64,000 nucleotides of DNA from an uncultured Planctomycetaceae bacterium (lineage in GTDB: Bacteria; Planctomycetota; Planctomycetia; Pirellulales; PALSA-1355). The notes under the pieces were generated by a model. It made no database searches and was not told where the DNA came from. It worked only from the letters and a program-made list of their open reading frames with translations. Positions 17,497 through 26,895 of this stretch are shown here, piece by piece. The position numbers were made by a program, and so were the translations under genes. Numbering within the stretch: the stretch's first letter is position 1; every line of letters begins with the position of its first letter. The DNA lies in NCBI GenBank assembly GCA_964598535.1, contig CAZRCI010000028.1, positions 1,489 to 65,488 on the forward strand, written 5' to 3'.

Positions 17497-18510
17497 TTAA
17501 AAACCGCGGGCCGCGACGATGTCCTCGAAGTCGCGCAGGTGGTAGTCGATCTTCGAGAAATCGAGCACTCGGCACAGCGACCGCAGGGCGACGCCCATGC
17601 CGTCCGGTCCGCTGAACCCGCCATATTGGCCGCCGGCCTTCACGTGCGGTTCAAGATCGAGGATGAACCCCGGGATTCCACGCCGCCGCAACTTGGCGTC
17701 GAGCTTCGGGAGCATTTCTCGCAATTCCTTGAAGATCATCTCGTGGCCGCTATCGCCCAGGTCGGCCGGCACGAAGTGCTTCAGGGTTTCTTCGTCGATG
17801 TGCGTTTGGCGTTTGCTTGGTTCAGGATGGCGGTAGTCCTTGATGTGCATCCATCCGAGTCCCGGCTTCATGAAGCGGAACTGTTCGAGCACCTCGGCCG
17901 CGGAATAACCTTGGCAGGTGAGGTTGCCAGCGTCGAAGATCAACACCAGCGCCGAGTTCTTTACCTGGCGGTGGATCTCGGCCAGGATCTCGCCATTTTG
18001 CCCGACGAGATTCGCTTCCAGCTCGACGCCATAGGTCAGGTCGCTGCGGAGACAAGCCTCGGCGATCTGGCCGAGCTGATCGACCACTTGTGGCACGTGC
18101 TCCCAGGGATCGGTTCCCTTGGGATGATAGAACGAAAAGCCCCGGATCAGCTTCGTCTCAAAGGCATGGGCGATATCGCAGGCCTTCTTGACTTCTTTTT
18201 CGAGATATTTCTTAAACGGCACGTAAGCATTCTGGGTGCCATCTTCGACGTTGAGCAGCTTAACCTTGCCTAGCGGCGAACCGATCGACGCCACGTTCAA
18301 GCCGTATTCGTCTTCCAGGTGGCGAATCGTTTGGATCTCGCCCTTGCCGAGCTTCATTACGTTCTTGATGCCGTCGCCGGCGTCGATGAACCGCAGGCTG
18401 TAATACTGCAAGCCCATCGCGGCGAACGCGGCAAACTGCTGGACGGCCGTTTTTTGGTTGGCCGCTTCGTCACCGAAGCCGCTGAGCGTGACTTGAGCGT
18501 TTTGAGACAT
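17497..18510 (-). CDS. sugar phosphate isomerase/epimerase (xylose-isomerase-like TIM barrel) family protein
   Basis: 337-aa ORF with good codon bias. Family call rests on overall resemblance only, with no sharp motif. Confidence 0.55.
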   Translation of the reverse strand: MSQNAQVTLSGFGDEAANQKTAVQQFAAFAAMGLQYYSLRFIDAGDGIKNVMKLGKGEIQTIRHLEDEYGLNVASIGSPLGKVKLLNVEDGTQNAYVPFKKYLEKEVKKACDIAHAFETKLIRGFSFYHPKGTDPWEHVPQVVDQLGQIAEACLRSDLTYGVELEANLVGQNGEILAEIHRQVKNSALVLIFDAGNLTCQGYSAAEVLEQFRFMKPGLGWMHIKDYRHPEPSKRQTHIDEETLKHFVPADLGDSGHEMIFKELREMLPKLDAKLRRRGIPGFILDLEPHVKAGGQYGGFSGPDGMGVALRSLCRVLDFSKIDYHLRDFEDIVAARGF

Positions 18511-18787
18511 GGCACCTTCGGGGGCTGGAGATCTCGAACGGGGAGGCGAGCGAGGCCAGCCAAAAACGGGCCGCTCAACAAATCAGGTAAGAGGCACATT
18601 GTGCCCCTAGGGCGCGGCCCGTGACAAGAGGTCGTCTCGGGCTTTTTCGATCCGCTTCGCGCCATGCCGTGTTGTGGGGACGGAAAAAGTATCGCCCCCC
18701 GCGCTGCCCGCCGGCCGCTCTCGAATTATTTCTCCCGCGGCAGCAGGTGCGCATCGAGCATCCCCCGATCAGAGCCCATAAGCGCGC

Positions 18788-18825
18788 AAAAAAACAGCTC
18801 GTCGAACGGATTCGACGAGCTGTTT
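18788..18825 (-). terminator. rho-independent terminator of the PEP-CTERM gene
   Basis: Perfect 15-bp stem AAACAGCTCGTCGAA / TTCGACGAGCTGTTT with a 4-nt loop. Followed by a T7 run on the minus strand (A-run 18788-18794). Confidence 0.8.
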
Positions 18826-18889
18826 GCTTGTGGCACGCTCACGGACGTTAGCTTCCGTGTTTCAACGGAATGGTCCGCGGCTGCTTTTT

Positions 18890-19759
18890 CTAGGTGCGGC
18901 GCCGTCGGCGGACGACCACCACGGCAGCCATCGCCAAGCCGGCCAAGACGAAGCTCGACGGTTCCGGGACTTCAACCAGATAACCCAGCGCTTGCCATTC
19001 ATCGCTCAGCAGCATCTGGTACTCATACTGCCCGGTGACCGACCAACTGTCCGCATTCAATGCAGCGATCCAGCTATTGGCCAGATCCCGCATGTCAGCC
19101 ACCCAAGGATCGTCCGGGTTGGGGCCGCTAGTAGTAAAATCGACGCGCGTCAGCCCGTTGGTCAGGCTCAGCGGGTTCGCTCCGGCGTCATTCAGAATTT
19201 CCCAAAGCACGACCTGATAGGCCGTGGCCTTGATGGCGAAATCGTCTGGAGTGTTGTCATCCAGCAGCACCGGATATGCGTTGTCCGCGAGTTTCAGCAG
19301 CAGATCTTTTTGCTGGTTCGTCAGCGGCGCCGCGGGGGGATTTCCCGGGCGAAGATATTCAAATTCGTCCAGCGTGCCGAGCGTGTATTCGTGAACATCA
19401 TTCGGGTTTTTGAACAGATCGGCATAAGGCTCGAAGCAGAACACCCCGATCTCTTCATAGCTATTGAAAGTCGGCGAGTCCGACATATTCACCAGCCGCT
19501 GGCCACCCCACCAGAACGCACGGCTACCGCCATTGTTGGTGCCGTGATAGGTGATGCCCCGGCCGTTGTCATTCGGCGTGGCGCGCTCGACGTAGACGGT
19601 CGCGGCCGAGACGCTCGAAACCGCTACCAACCAGGCGATGGCGGTGCAAAGTGCCAATCGCGGAGCTTGCCGAACTACGATATCCCCCCAAAGTGCTCGA
19701 CGACCATGTATTGGTGGGGTGTGACGCGCGGTGAAATTGGCAAGCTCGATCATTAGCAA
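18890..19759 (-). CDS. PEP-CTERM sorting-domain secreted protein
   Basis: N-terminal signal peptide. The C-terminus VPEPSSFVLAGLAMAAVVVVRRRRRT is the PEP motif plus TM plus Arg cluster. Confidence 0.8.
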   Translation of the reverse strand: MLMIELANFTARHTPPIHGRRALWGDIVVRQAPRLALCTAIAWLVAVSSVSAATVYVERATPNDNGRGITYHGTNNGGSRAFWWGGQRLVNMSDSPTFNSYEEIGVFCFEPYADLFKNPNDVHEYTLGTLDEFEYLRPGNPPAAPLTNQQKDLLLKLADNAYPVLLDDNTPDDFAIKATAYQVVLWEILNDAGANPLSLTNGLTRVDFTTSGPNPDDPWVADMRDLANSWIAALNADSWSVTGQYEYQMLLSDEWQALGYLVEVPEPSSFVLAGLAMAAVVVVRRRRRT

Positions 19760-20031
19760 TATACCTCAAATCTGGGGGGCAATAATTCTAGGAGCTGCCA
19801 ATCATCCTAACTAACTCCGCTATTGGATCAACTCAAAAGCTGCGCAAAGTAATAAAAGCTCTACGAGAACCCCCTCTGTGTGGTGGGGTTTGCCTCGCCG
19901 TGCATTCATCCATATGGGGGCCTCACAAGCGGAACGGGGGTGAGGTGAGGTAAGGAGCGGGGCCGCGGGAGGGAAGAACGCCCTCGGCTGCCAATCCCGC
20001 TTACGGTTCCAGGCCACACGCCAAGCGGCTT

Positions 20032-20952
20032 TCAGGAACCAAACGCGGTGGCCGACTTGACCATGTTCTTCAGCGTCGGGAGGGTCGAGAACTTGAAGAA
20101 CGCGTGCTCCGAGTAGAGCCCATCGATTTGCTCCGGCGGAACGTCCGGTGACCGGTAGATCTTGGGGAGCGCCTGCACCTGCAAGCTTCGGGGGACCCGC
20201 ACGCCCGACAGCAACCGCGAATCGACCACCACGCAGCAGCTTTTGCCGTGCCGCAGCAAATGTGCCCGAATGGCCGCATGGTGTCGAGCAAACAGCCGCC
20301 GGTCGCTGACGTAATGGACGAGGCAGCTCGCAAACAGCCGTGGTATCCGGCCGTGCGTGATCCGCGAATACACGATGAAGCAGTAGCCCGCATCCTCCTG
20401 AACCAGTAAGTGTCCGCAATTCAGCTTACTGTGATCGCGCTGGATTACCTGCTCCATCGGGCTCAAGACGCCATAGCCCTGGCTTTCAGGGCTCGTGATT
20501 TCAGTCAGCTTGGCGGCCGCTGGCCACAGACGCGGCAGCGGAGGCAGCACGACCGATGTGCTGTCGAGGTTCTGAAACCCCAGGCGTTCGGAAATGGCAC
20601 GCACCGCTGGGGTGGCGGTAAAGTCCGTAATCGTGACATCTCGCAGATCGGCGAGCGGCTTGAGCAAGCTCAAGCTACGCATCCGATGTTCGGGCTGCAC
20701 ATACCAGCTATGCAAGTTGCAGAACCGCCGCTCTTGCCCGGCGATATGCCGGCGGCTGAAGATCATGCCCAGCACGCCGACGTACGTGCCCTGGTTGCGG
20801 AGCGCGTAGCCGAGCGGTTCGCTTTCCGATTCAACCGGTCGGACAAACACGCGTTCCCACACCGTCGCGGGAACCTGTGGACTAAACTCGCGCAGAATGC
20901 CGTCGCGCAGTTCGGGAAACATCTCGGGGCGGATGGCGGTGAGTTCAATCAT
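20032..20952 (-). CDS. hypothetical protein, possibly GNAT-fold acyltransferase
   Basis: Internal ATG 20952 (MIELTAIRPEMF...). Good codon bias. The GNAT-like resemblance is weak, so the function is uncertain. Confidence 0.45.
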   Translation of the reverse strand: MIELTAIRPEMFPELRDGILREFSPQVPATVWERVFVRPVESESEPLGYALRNQGTYVGVLGMIFSRRHIAGQERRFCNLHSWYVQPEHRMRSLSLLKPLADLRDVTITDFTATPAVRAISERLGFQNLDSTSVVLPPLPRLWPAAAKLTEITSPESQGYGVLSPMEQVIQRDHSKLNCGHLLVQEDAGYCFIVYSRITHGRIPRLFASCLVHYVSDRRLFARHHAAIRAHLLRHGKSCCVVVDSRLLSGVRVPRSLQVQALPKIYRSPDVPPEQIDGLYSEHAFFKFSTLPTLKNMVKSATAFGS

Positions 20953-21223
20953 GCGCAGCGTTTTCAAACGTATTGAGCAACGTATCGTACGCGACCACCC
21001 ACACGGGAAATTTCGTCTGGCAGCATTCACCAGATCGCGCGATCGCACGGCGGCTGAAATAGACCACGATCGCCGTTGGCAGCGGCCGCTCGTGCCTTCT
21101 GCCAGACTCACAATCCTAGGTTATCGAGGTCGATCGTTTGCCTCGACTGCGCGGGGAGCTTGGGCTCTCGCTGGCGATCGCAGAGTGTCGGCCGGTTGAT
21201 ATCGCGGCCCTTGCGCACGATGC

Positions 21224-21505
21224 TTGGCGTTTCTGGGGGAGATTCCTCGACTAAAACCACGAATTGCCGGAGGATTCAGCCGGTTGCCCTCGATCTGCCA
21301 GGGGCTGTGTGCCCCCTGGGTGTTTGTCGCGATTTTGACACTTGCGCCGTGTACGACGCAGGCGCTGAGCCCGGGTATGATCTCGTCGTTTTATGGCGGT
21401 ACTTCGGCCGGAGTGGTTGCCGCGGCGCAGGCCGCGCGGCTGAACAAAACCGTGGTGCTGGCCGCCCCCGATACACGCCTCGGCGGTCTCGCGAGCGAGT
21501 TCTAG
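21224..21505 (+). pseudogene. N-terminal fragment of an FAD-dependent oxidoreductase
   Basis: A signal-like N-terminus is followed by a dinucleotide-binding motif (YGGTSAGVVAAAQAARLNKTVVLAAPDTRLGGL). The frame stops after 93 aa with no continuation in any frame that I could see. Confidence 0.4.
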
Positions 21506-21709
21506 CACACTCCGTGACGCCCGAGGGCCACGTGCAGAACGAAGGCGACATCGGCGTCAGCACCCGCGGCAAACGGTTCAAGATTTCATGCCAGTCGCTC
21601 ACGCCGCGGCGCTCGCGCTCGATGAGGGCCTTCGCCGTGCAAGAGAAGTAGCCGCCCACCAGATCGCGCTCCTGGAACCCATGTCCTTCACGCGGTATCT
21701 TGGGGGCCT

Positions 21710-23005
21710 ATGAATGCGACCAGCCCCCCTGCTCTTGTTCCGCTTCACACGCTCCGTGCCGGCATGGTCGGCATGGGCATGATCTTCGACGAAACCTACC
21801 GGCCATTCTTCGAGACGGTTCACCGCCAGCCGCTATTTGAGCCGGGCGTTGGCGTCTGCCGGGTCGAGCTGGCCGCCGTCGCCAGCCGTACGGGCCGTCG
21901 GGCCGACACTTATCGTCAAAGCGCCGCCGACCGAATCGCTCCGTTTCAGAGTTTCGCCGAACCGAACAGCATCGGACAGTTGCTCGGGGCGAATGTCGAT
22001 TTCGTTTGCGTGGCCACGCCCGACGATCGGCACTTTTCGGCCGCGGCCGCCGCGATTCGGGCCGGCAAGCATGTGCTCATCGAAAAGCCCTCGGTGCTTT
22101 CGCTTCGCGAGCTCGACGAGCTGGCCGCTTTGGCAAAACAACACGATGTGCTGGCCAAGGTCGTCTATCACAAGTTGCTCGACCCCGACCACAAAAAGCT
22201 CCGCACGCTCGTCCAGGACGACGTGCTGCGGCACGTCAACAACGGCTACTGCACGTTGCTCGAGCCCAAGAGCATCTCGGGCAGCCAGTTTGCCGAGTGG
22301 ATCACGGGCCGCAATCCCGGCACGTACGTGGCCGTGCATTACATCAAGCTGATCGACTTCACGTTCGGCGGTCGCTTGCAGAGCGTGCAATGTACCGGCC
22401 AGCGGGGACTCGTCGGGCCCGTCGACGGACCGACTTGGGACTCCACCCAACTGCGGATGATCTACCAGTACGACGACGGTCGTCAGGCCGCCTTCGACAT
22501 CCACACCTCCTGGGTCACTCCGGACAACTTTCCCGGTTACGTCGAGCAAGAAGTGCAGTTTCGCTTCGACAATGGCGTCTGGAACGCTCACAGTCGCAAA
22601 CGCGGCGTGGAGCTTACCGTCGAAGGCCGCACGCCCACCGAGCTTAAAACGACGATCAACACCCACTACAACGGCACGTTTCTCGAGCCGTGGGGCGCGC
22701 GTGCGCAGCGTGGCTACGGCCTCGAAGTGCTCGAACGCTTCGTGCGCGAAGTGGCCCAGGTCGAATTCGGCGGACCGCCAAGCGAACGCGCGCAGCGCTT
22801 ATCCGCGGCGCGAACCCTGGGATACAACGACGTGTCAGCCGACCGTCAAACCGTGGCCGCGGTCGAGGCGATGGAAGCGATCCTGGCCCGCCACGCCGCC
22901 GGCACGCCAAATTGCCTCGTCAACGTGAACGAACCACGCGGCGGGCTCGTGCTCTACAAGCCCGGCTCGGCCGAGCCCGAGGTTCTCTACGAACCCGAGG
23001 TTTGA
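21710..23005 (+). CDS. Gfo/Idh/MocA family oxidoreductase
   Basis: Rossmann start LRAGMVGMGMIF, ATPDDRHF, KHVLIEKP. Confidence 0.85.
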   Translation: MNATSPPALVPLHTLRAGMVGMGMIFDETYRPFFETVHRQPLFEPGVGVCRVELAAVASRTGRRADTYRQSAADRIAPFQSFAEPNSIGQLLGANVDFVCVATPDDRHFSAAAAAIRAGKHVLIEKPSVLSLRELDELAALAKQHDVLAKVVYHKLLDPDHKKLRTLVQDDVLRHVNNGYCTLLEPKSISGSQFAEWITGRNPGTYVAVHYIKLIDFTFGGRLQSVQCTGQRGLVGPVDGPTWDSTQLRMIYQYDDGRQAAFDIHTSWVTPDNFPGYVEQEVQFRFDNGVWNAHSRKRGVELTVEGRTPTELKTTINTHYNGTFLEPWGARAQRGYGLEVLERFVREVAQVEFGGPPSERAQRLSAARTLGYNDVSADRQTVAAVEAMEAILARHAAGTPNCLVNVNEPRGGLVLYKPGSAEPEVLYEPEV

Positions 23006-23029
23006 CAATCCAATGCCATCGAGTACCTC

Positions 23030-24421
23030 ATGAAACAAGCCAGCGACCAACCTGCGGCGATCCAACATCCGGGCGAAGACGCCTCGAACGAGCTGCGCCG
23101 CCGGCTGCACGAGGTCGAGCCCCTCAGCCAGCGCACCTACACGCCCAGCCTGGCCGTGCTCGCCCGTAGCGAGGGTTCCTATCACTACACGTCCGAGGGA
23201 CGCAAGCTCGCCGATTTCACCTCGGGCGTACTCGTGGCTAACCTGGGGCACAATCCAACCCGCTGGTGGCGGCGCGTGCTGGAGTACATGGGCCTCGCGC
23301 AGATTCCCGCCGGCGTTGACTTTTTCCCCGCCGTCACGCTCACGTCGTACAACGCCGCCGTGCCGCTCGAAGTCCAGGCCGCCGAACGCCTGCTCCGTAG
23401 CTTGCAGAGCCAGCCCGGCGGCGCTCGCATGCAACAAGTGCTTTGGTCGGCGACCGGCAGCGAAGCCGTCCAGAAAGCCATCTGGGCCGCGCTCGATTTT
23501 CGCACTGGCGCGAACGTTATTCTGGCCACGCGTTTTGGTTTCCACGGCAAGAAGGGCCTGGCCGGGGCCGTCACCGGCAGCGAACGCGATCCGGAACGCG
23601 ACCCCCGCGTCCGCTTTCTCAGCTTTCCGACCGCCGAGTGCGAAAACCTGGCCAAGCGCCGCGAGAAGCTCGACCTCGCACCGTATGAAAAAGAGCTCAA
23701 AACGCTCGCCGCCGAGCACCCCGGCAAGATCGCCTGCCTGATTACCGAGCCGTATCTCGGCGGCGGCGGATCGTATCACCCGCAGCCTGAGTATTTGCAA
23801 TTGCTCGAGCGCTTCTGCCGCGAGCACGGCATCGTGTTCATCCTCGATGAAGTGCAGGCGAATTTCGGACGCACGGGCCAGATGTACGCCTTTACGCACT
23901 ACGGCGTCGAGCCGGACATCGTCGTGCTGGGCAAGGGACTCGGCAATGGCATTCCGGTCGATGCCGCCGTCGGTCGGGCAGATGTCTTTGCCGCCATGCA
24001 CTACGGCGAGGGGTCTGACACCTGGAGCGCCTCGCCATTGGGGTGCGCCGCCGTGCTCGCCACGCTCGACGAGTTCGAGACCGCCGATGTGCTGCCCCAC
24101 GCCCGCAAGCTGGCCGGCGTCCTCGAGCACGGGCTCCAGCGGCTGGGCGAGCTGCCCTGCGTGGCCAACATTCGTGGCGAAGGGCTCGTTTGGGGTATCG
24201 AGCTGGCGCCGGTCGACGGCCATTCGGCGGACCGCGTGGCCGCGGCCTGCGTCGAGGCCTGCTACCGGGGCGATGCCCAGGGGCGGGCGATCCACCTGCT
24301 GGGGCCCTTGGCCGGCAAGGTGCTGCGCGTCAGCCCGCCGCTGGTTATGCCGCTCGAAGAAGCGCAGCTCTATCTCGACGTGATGCACGGCATCTTTAGC
24401 CGAATCTCAGACAGCCTCTAG
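23030..24421 (+). CDS. class III (omega-type) PLP aminotransferase
   Basis: DEVQANFGRTGQMYAF and LGKGLGNG (PLP Lys context); 463 aa. Confidence 0.85.
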   Translation: MKQASDQPAAIQHPGEDASNELRRRLHEVEPLSQRTYTPSLAVLARSEGSYHYTSEGRKLADFTSGVLVANLGHNPTRWWRRVLEYMGLAQIPAGVDFFPAVTLTSYNAAVPLEVQAAERLLRSLQSQPGGARMQQVLWSATGSEAVQKAIWAALDFRTGANVILATRFGFHGKKGLAGAVTGSERDPERDPRVRFLSFPTAECENLAKRREKLDLAPYEKELKTLAAEHPGKIACLITEPYLGGGGSYHPQPEYLQLLERFCREHGIVFILDEVQANFGRTGQMYAFTHYGVEPDIVVLGKGLGNGIPVDAAVGRADVFAAMHYGEGSDTWSASPLGCAAVLATLDEFETADVLPHARKLAGVLEHGLQRLGELPCVANIRGEGLVWGIELAPVDGHSADRVAAACVEACYRGDAQGRAIHLLGPLAGKVLRVSPPLVMPLEEAQLYLDVMHGIFSRISDSL

Positions 24422-24436
24422 CAAGAGCTTCTTCGC

Positions 24437-24907
24437 ATGGATGTCGACGAACTGATGCGGCTGGCGATCGACAAGGTGCGCGAAGGGTTCGCGGTCGGCC
24501 AATCGCCGTTCGGTTGTGCCATCGCGATCGGCGATCGCGTGTTGGCCGTCGAGCACAATCTCGTCCGCTTGACCACCGACGTCACGGCCCATGCCGAAGT
24601 GAACGCGCTGCGCACCGCGTGCCGCGAGTCGGGCGGCATTCATCTCGACGGCGCGGTCGTGGCCACCACCTGCGAGCCCTGCCCGATGTGCATGTCGGCC
24701 CTGCATTGGGCCCGCGTTGAAACGGTCTACTTCGGAGCTTCGATCGCCGATGCCACGCTCGCAGGCTTCAACGAACTGGCCATTCCTGCAAGTGAGATCG
24801 TCCGTCTCGGCGGCAGCCGCGTGAAGGTGCAAGGCGGCGTACTCCAAGACGAGTGTGCCGCGCTGTTTGAAGAGTGGCTTGCCAGTGGCAAAGCTCGACC
24901 CTACTAA
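24437..24907 (+). CDS. CDA-fold nucleoside/guanine deaminase
   Basis: Zinc motifs HAEVNAL and CEPCPMCMSAL. The 156-aa length and layout resemble B. subtilis-type guanine deaminase. Confidence 0.8.
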   Translation: MDVDELMRLAIDKVREGFAVGQSPFGCAIAIGDRVLAVEHNLVRLTTDVTAHAEVNALRTACRESGGIHLDGAVVATTCEPCPMCMSALHWARVETVYFGASIADATLAGFNELAIPASEIVRLGGSRVKVQGGVLQDECAALFEEWLASGKARPY

Positions 24908-24912
24908 ACGGC

Positions 24913-25272
24913 CTAGGCGCCTTTCTCGTGCGTCACGGTCACGTTCGTCGAGATTCCGCCGCGCGGCGTAAAGGCCGCCACCAGGGTCATCCGCCGCGGA
25001 TCGAGCACCGCCACCAGGTCGTCCAAGATGCGGTTGGTGATGTTCTCGTAGAAGATTCCCTCGTTACGGAACCGCTGGAGGTACAGCTTCAGGCTCTTGA
25101 GCTCGACGCACCGCGCGTCCGGCGTATAAGTGAACGTCAGCACGCCAAAGTCGGGCTGTCCCGTCTTGGGGCACACGCTGGTAAACTCCGGGCAGCGGAT
25201 TTCGATCGTGTAGTCCCGCTGCGGGAACTGATTGGGAAATGTCTCGAGGATTTGCCGGAAATCGTCGGCCAT
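24913..25272 (-). CDS. queF: NADPH-dependent 7-cyano-7-deazaguanine reductase
   Basis: Internal ATG 25272. Has the catalytic Cys context [13 protein letters not shown] and the QueF motif ELKSLKLYL. Confidence 0.9.
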   Translation of the reverse strand: MADDFRQILETFPNQFPQRDYTIEIRCPEFTSVCPKTGQPDFGVLTFTYTPDARCVELKSLKLYLQRFRNEGIFYENITNRILDDLVAVLDPRRMTLVAAFTPRGGISTNVTVTHEKGA

Positions 25273-25514
25273 GTGCGGTCCTTTCGTGGAATAATCATTT
25301 CCGCCATCATAGCAGCCCGTTGAAAAACTCAACGGGCTGTTACATCGTAAGGATGCGATGACAAAATGGGGCGACGCGGAGTCGTTATTTTGCGAGCCGT
25401 GCGGAGCTTGGCTCCGCACTTGGCGAGGTTGAAAAAAGCCACGACGGCATTTTTCAACAGGTTGATAGAATGATACGCTTCGTTTGGGCAGGGCTTCTTC
25501 ACGGTGTGCGTGGT

Positions 25515-26204
25515 ATGGCAGTTCCCGCGGTTTTATTGCTCTCTGGCGGCCTCGATTCGGCGACCTGCGGCGCCATTGCCCGTCGCGATGGGCACGACCT
25601 CTATGCGCTGTCGTTCGACTATGGCCAGCGTCATCGGGCCGAGCTGGACGCCGCCGCACGCGTGGCCGCGCATCTGGGCGTTTGCCGGCACACGATCGTT
25701 CCGATCGACCTTCGCGCCTTCGGCGGCAGTGCGCTGACCGCGGACATCGCCGTGCCCAAGGATCGCCCGGCGAGCGCGCTGGCCGAGGGCATTCCGATTA
25801 CCTACGTCCCGGCCCGCAATACGGTGTTCTTGTCGTTGGCCTTGGCTTATGCCGAGGTCGTGCGCGCGGCCGACATCTACATCGGCGTCAACGCGGTCGA
25901 CTATAGCGGCTATCCCGACTGTCGGCCCGAGTTCATCGCGGCCTTCGAGCGGCTCGCCAACCTGGCCACGAAGGCTTCCGTCGAGGGGCAACTCAAGTTC
26001 AAGATTCACACGCCGCTGGTGAATCTCTCCAAGGCCGACATCGTTCGCGCGGGTACGGCGCTCGGTCTCGACTACGGGCTCACGCGAAGCTGTTACGATC
26101 TCGACGCCGCGGGCAACTCCTGCGGGCACTGCGATTCGTGCCAGTTGCGGCTCAAGGGCTTTGCCGAGGCGGGGTTGCCGGATCCAACGCCGTACCGCCC
26201 ATGA
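25515..26204 (+). CDS. queC: 7-cyano-7-deazaguanine synthase
   Basis: PP-loop LLLSGGLDS and C-terminal zinc cysteines [10 protein letters not shown]. The start is taken at ATG 25515. Confidence 0.9.
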   Translation: MAVPAVLLLSGGLDSATCGAIARRDGHDLYALSFDYGQRHRAELDAAARVAAHLGVCRHTIVPIDLRAFGGSALTADIAVPKDRPASALAEGIPITYVPARNTVFLSLALAYAEVVRAADIYIGVNAVDYSGYPDCRPEFIAAFERLANLATKASVEGQLKFKIHTPLVNLSKADIVRAGTALGLDYGLTRSCYDLDAAGNSCGHCDSCQLRLKGFAEAGLPDPTPYRP

Positions 26205-26887
26205 GAATCGCCGAGATCTACCGTAGCCGGCAGGGCGAAGGTTTTCTGACCGGCGCGGACAGCGTGTTCGTCCGCACCAGCGGTTGCAATCTCCGCTGTT
26301 GGTACTGCGATACGCCCTACGCTTCGTGGCAGCCCGAGGGCGAAGACCTGGCCGTGCATGAGATTTTGGCCCGGGTCGAGACGCTCGAAGCTCGGCACGT
26401 CGTGCTTACCGGGGGCGAGCCGATGCTGTTCGCCGAAATGCTGCCGCTTGCCGAGGAGCTGCGCCGTCGCGGGCTGCACATCACGATCGAAACGGCCGGC
26501 ACGCTGTATCTGCCGGTTGCGTGCGACCTGATGTCGATCAGCCCCAAGCTGGCTGGCTCTGCGCCGGACGCGGGGCTTGCCTCTCGTTGGCGCGAGCGGC
26601 ACGAACGTGCCCGGCACGCGCCCGAGGTCGTCCGCCGCCTGGTGGCTGAGTACGAATACCAGTTCAAGTTCGTGGTCGATACTCGGGACGAGTGTCTCGA
26701 TGTCGAGGCCTACCTGCGCGCGTTTCCAGAGATTGCCCGCGATCGCGTCATGCTCATGCCGCAAGGCACCGAGGCCGAAGCGCTCGAGCGACAGGGCGCG
26801 TGGCTGGAACCCTACTGCCGCGAGCACGCGCTGCGTTACTGTCCGCGCAAGCACATTGAATGGTATGGCCTGATGCGCGGCACCTGA
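26201..26887 (+). CDS. queE: 7-carboxy-7-deazaguanine synthase (radical SAM)
   Basis: [14 protein letters not shown]..., cluster motif [10 protein letters not shown]. The ATGA overlap with the queC stop suggests translational coupling. Confidence 0.9.
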   Translation: MRIAEIYRSRQGEGFLTGADSVFVRTSGCNLRCWYCDTPYASWQPEGEDLAVHEILARVETLEARHVVLTGGEPMLFAEMLPLAEELRRRGLHITIETAGTLYLPVACDLMSISPKLAGSAPDAGLASRWRERHERARHAPEVVRRLVAEYEYQFKFVVDTRDECLDVEAYLRAFPEIARDRVMLMPQGTEAEALERQGAWLEPYCREHALRYCPRKHIEWYGLMRGT

Positions 26888-26895
26888 CGCGGCCG

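Noticed and set aside
21276-21659. 127-aa minus-strand ORF
   Set aside because: Only its first ~45 codons look coding. The rest is Arg/Pro/Ser junk overlapping the oxidoreductase fragment, so it is treated as part of a decayed region rather than a gene.
22835-24388. 517-aa minus-strand ORF
   Set aside because: It is antisense to the class III aminotransferase, which has PLP-lysine and DEVQ motifs.
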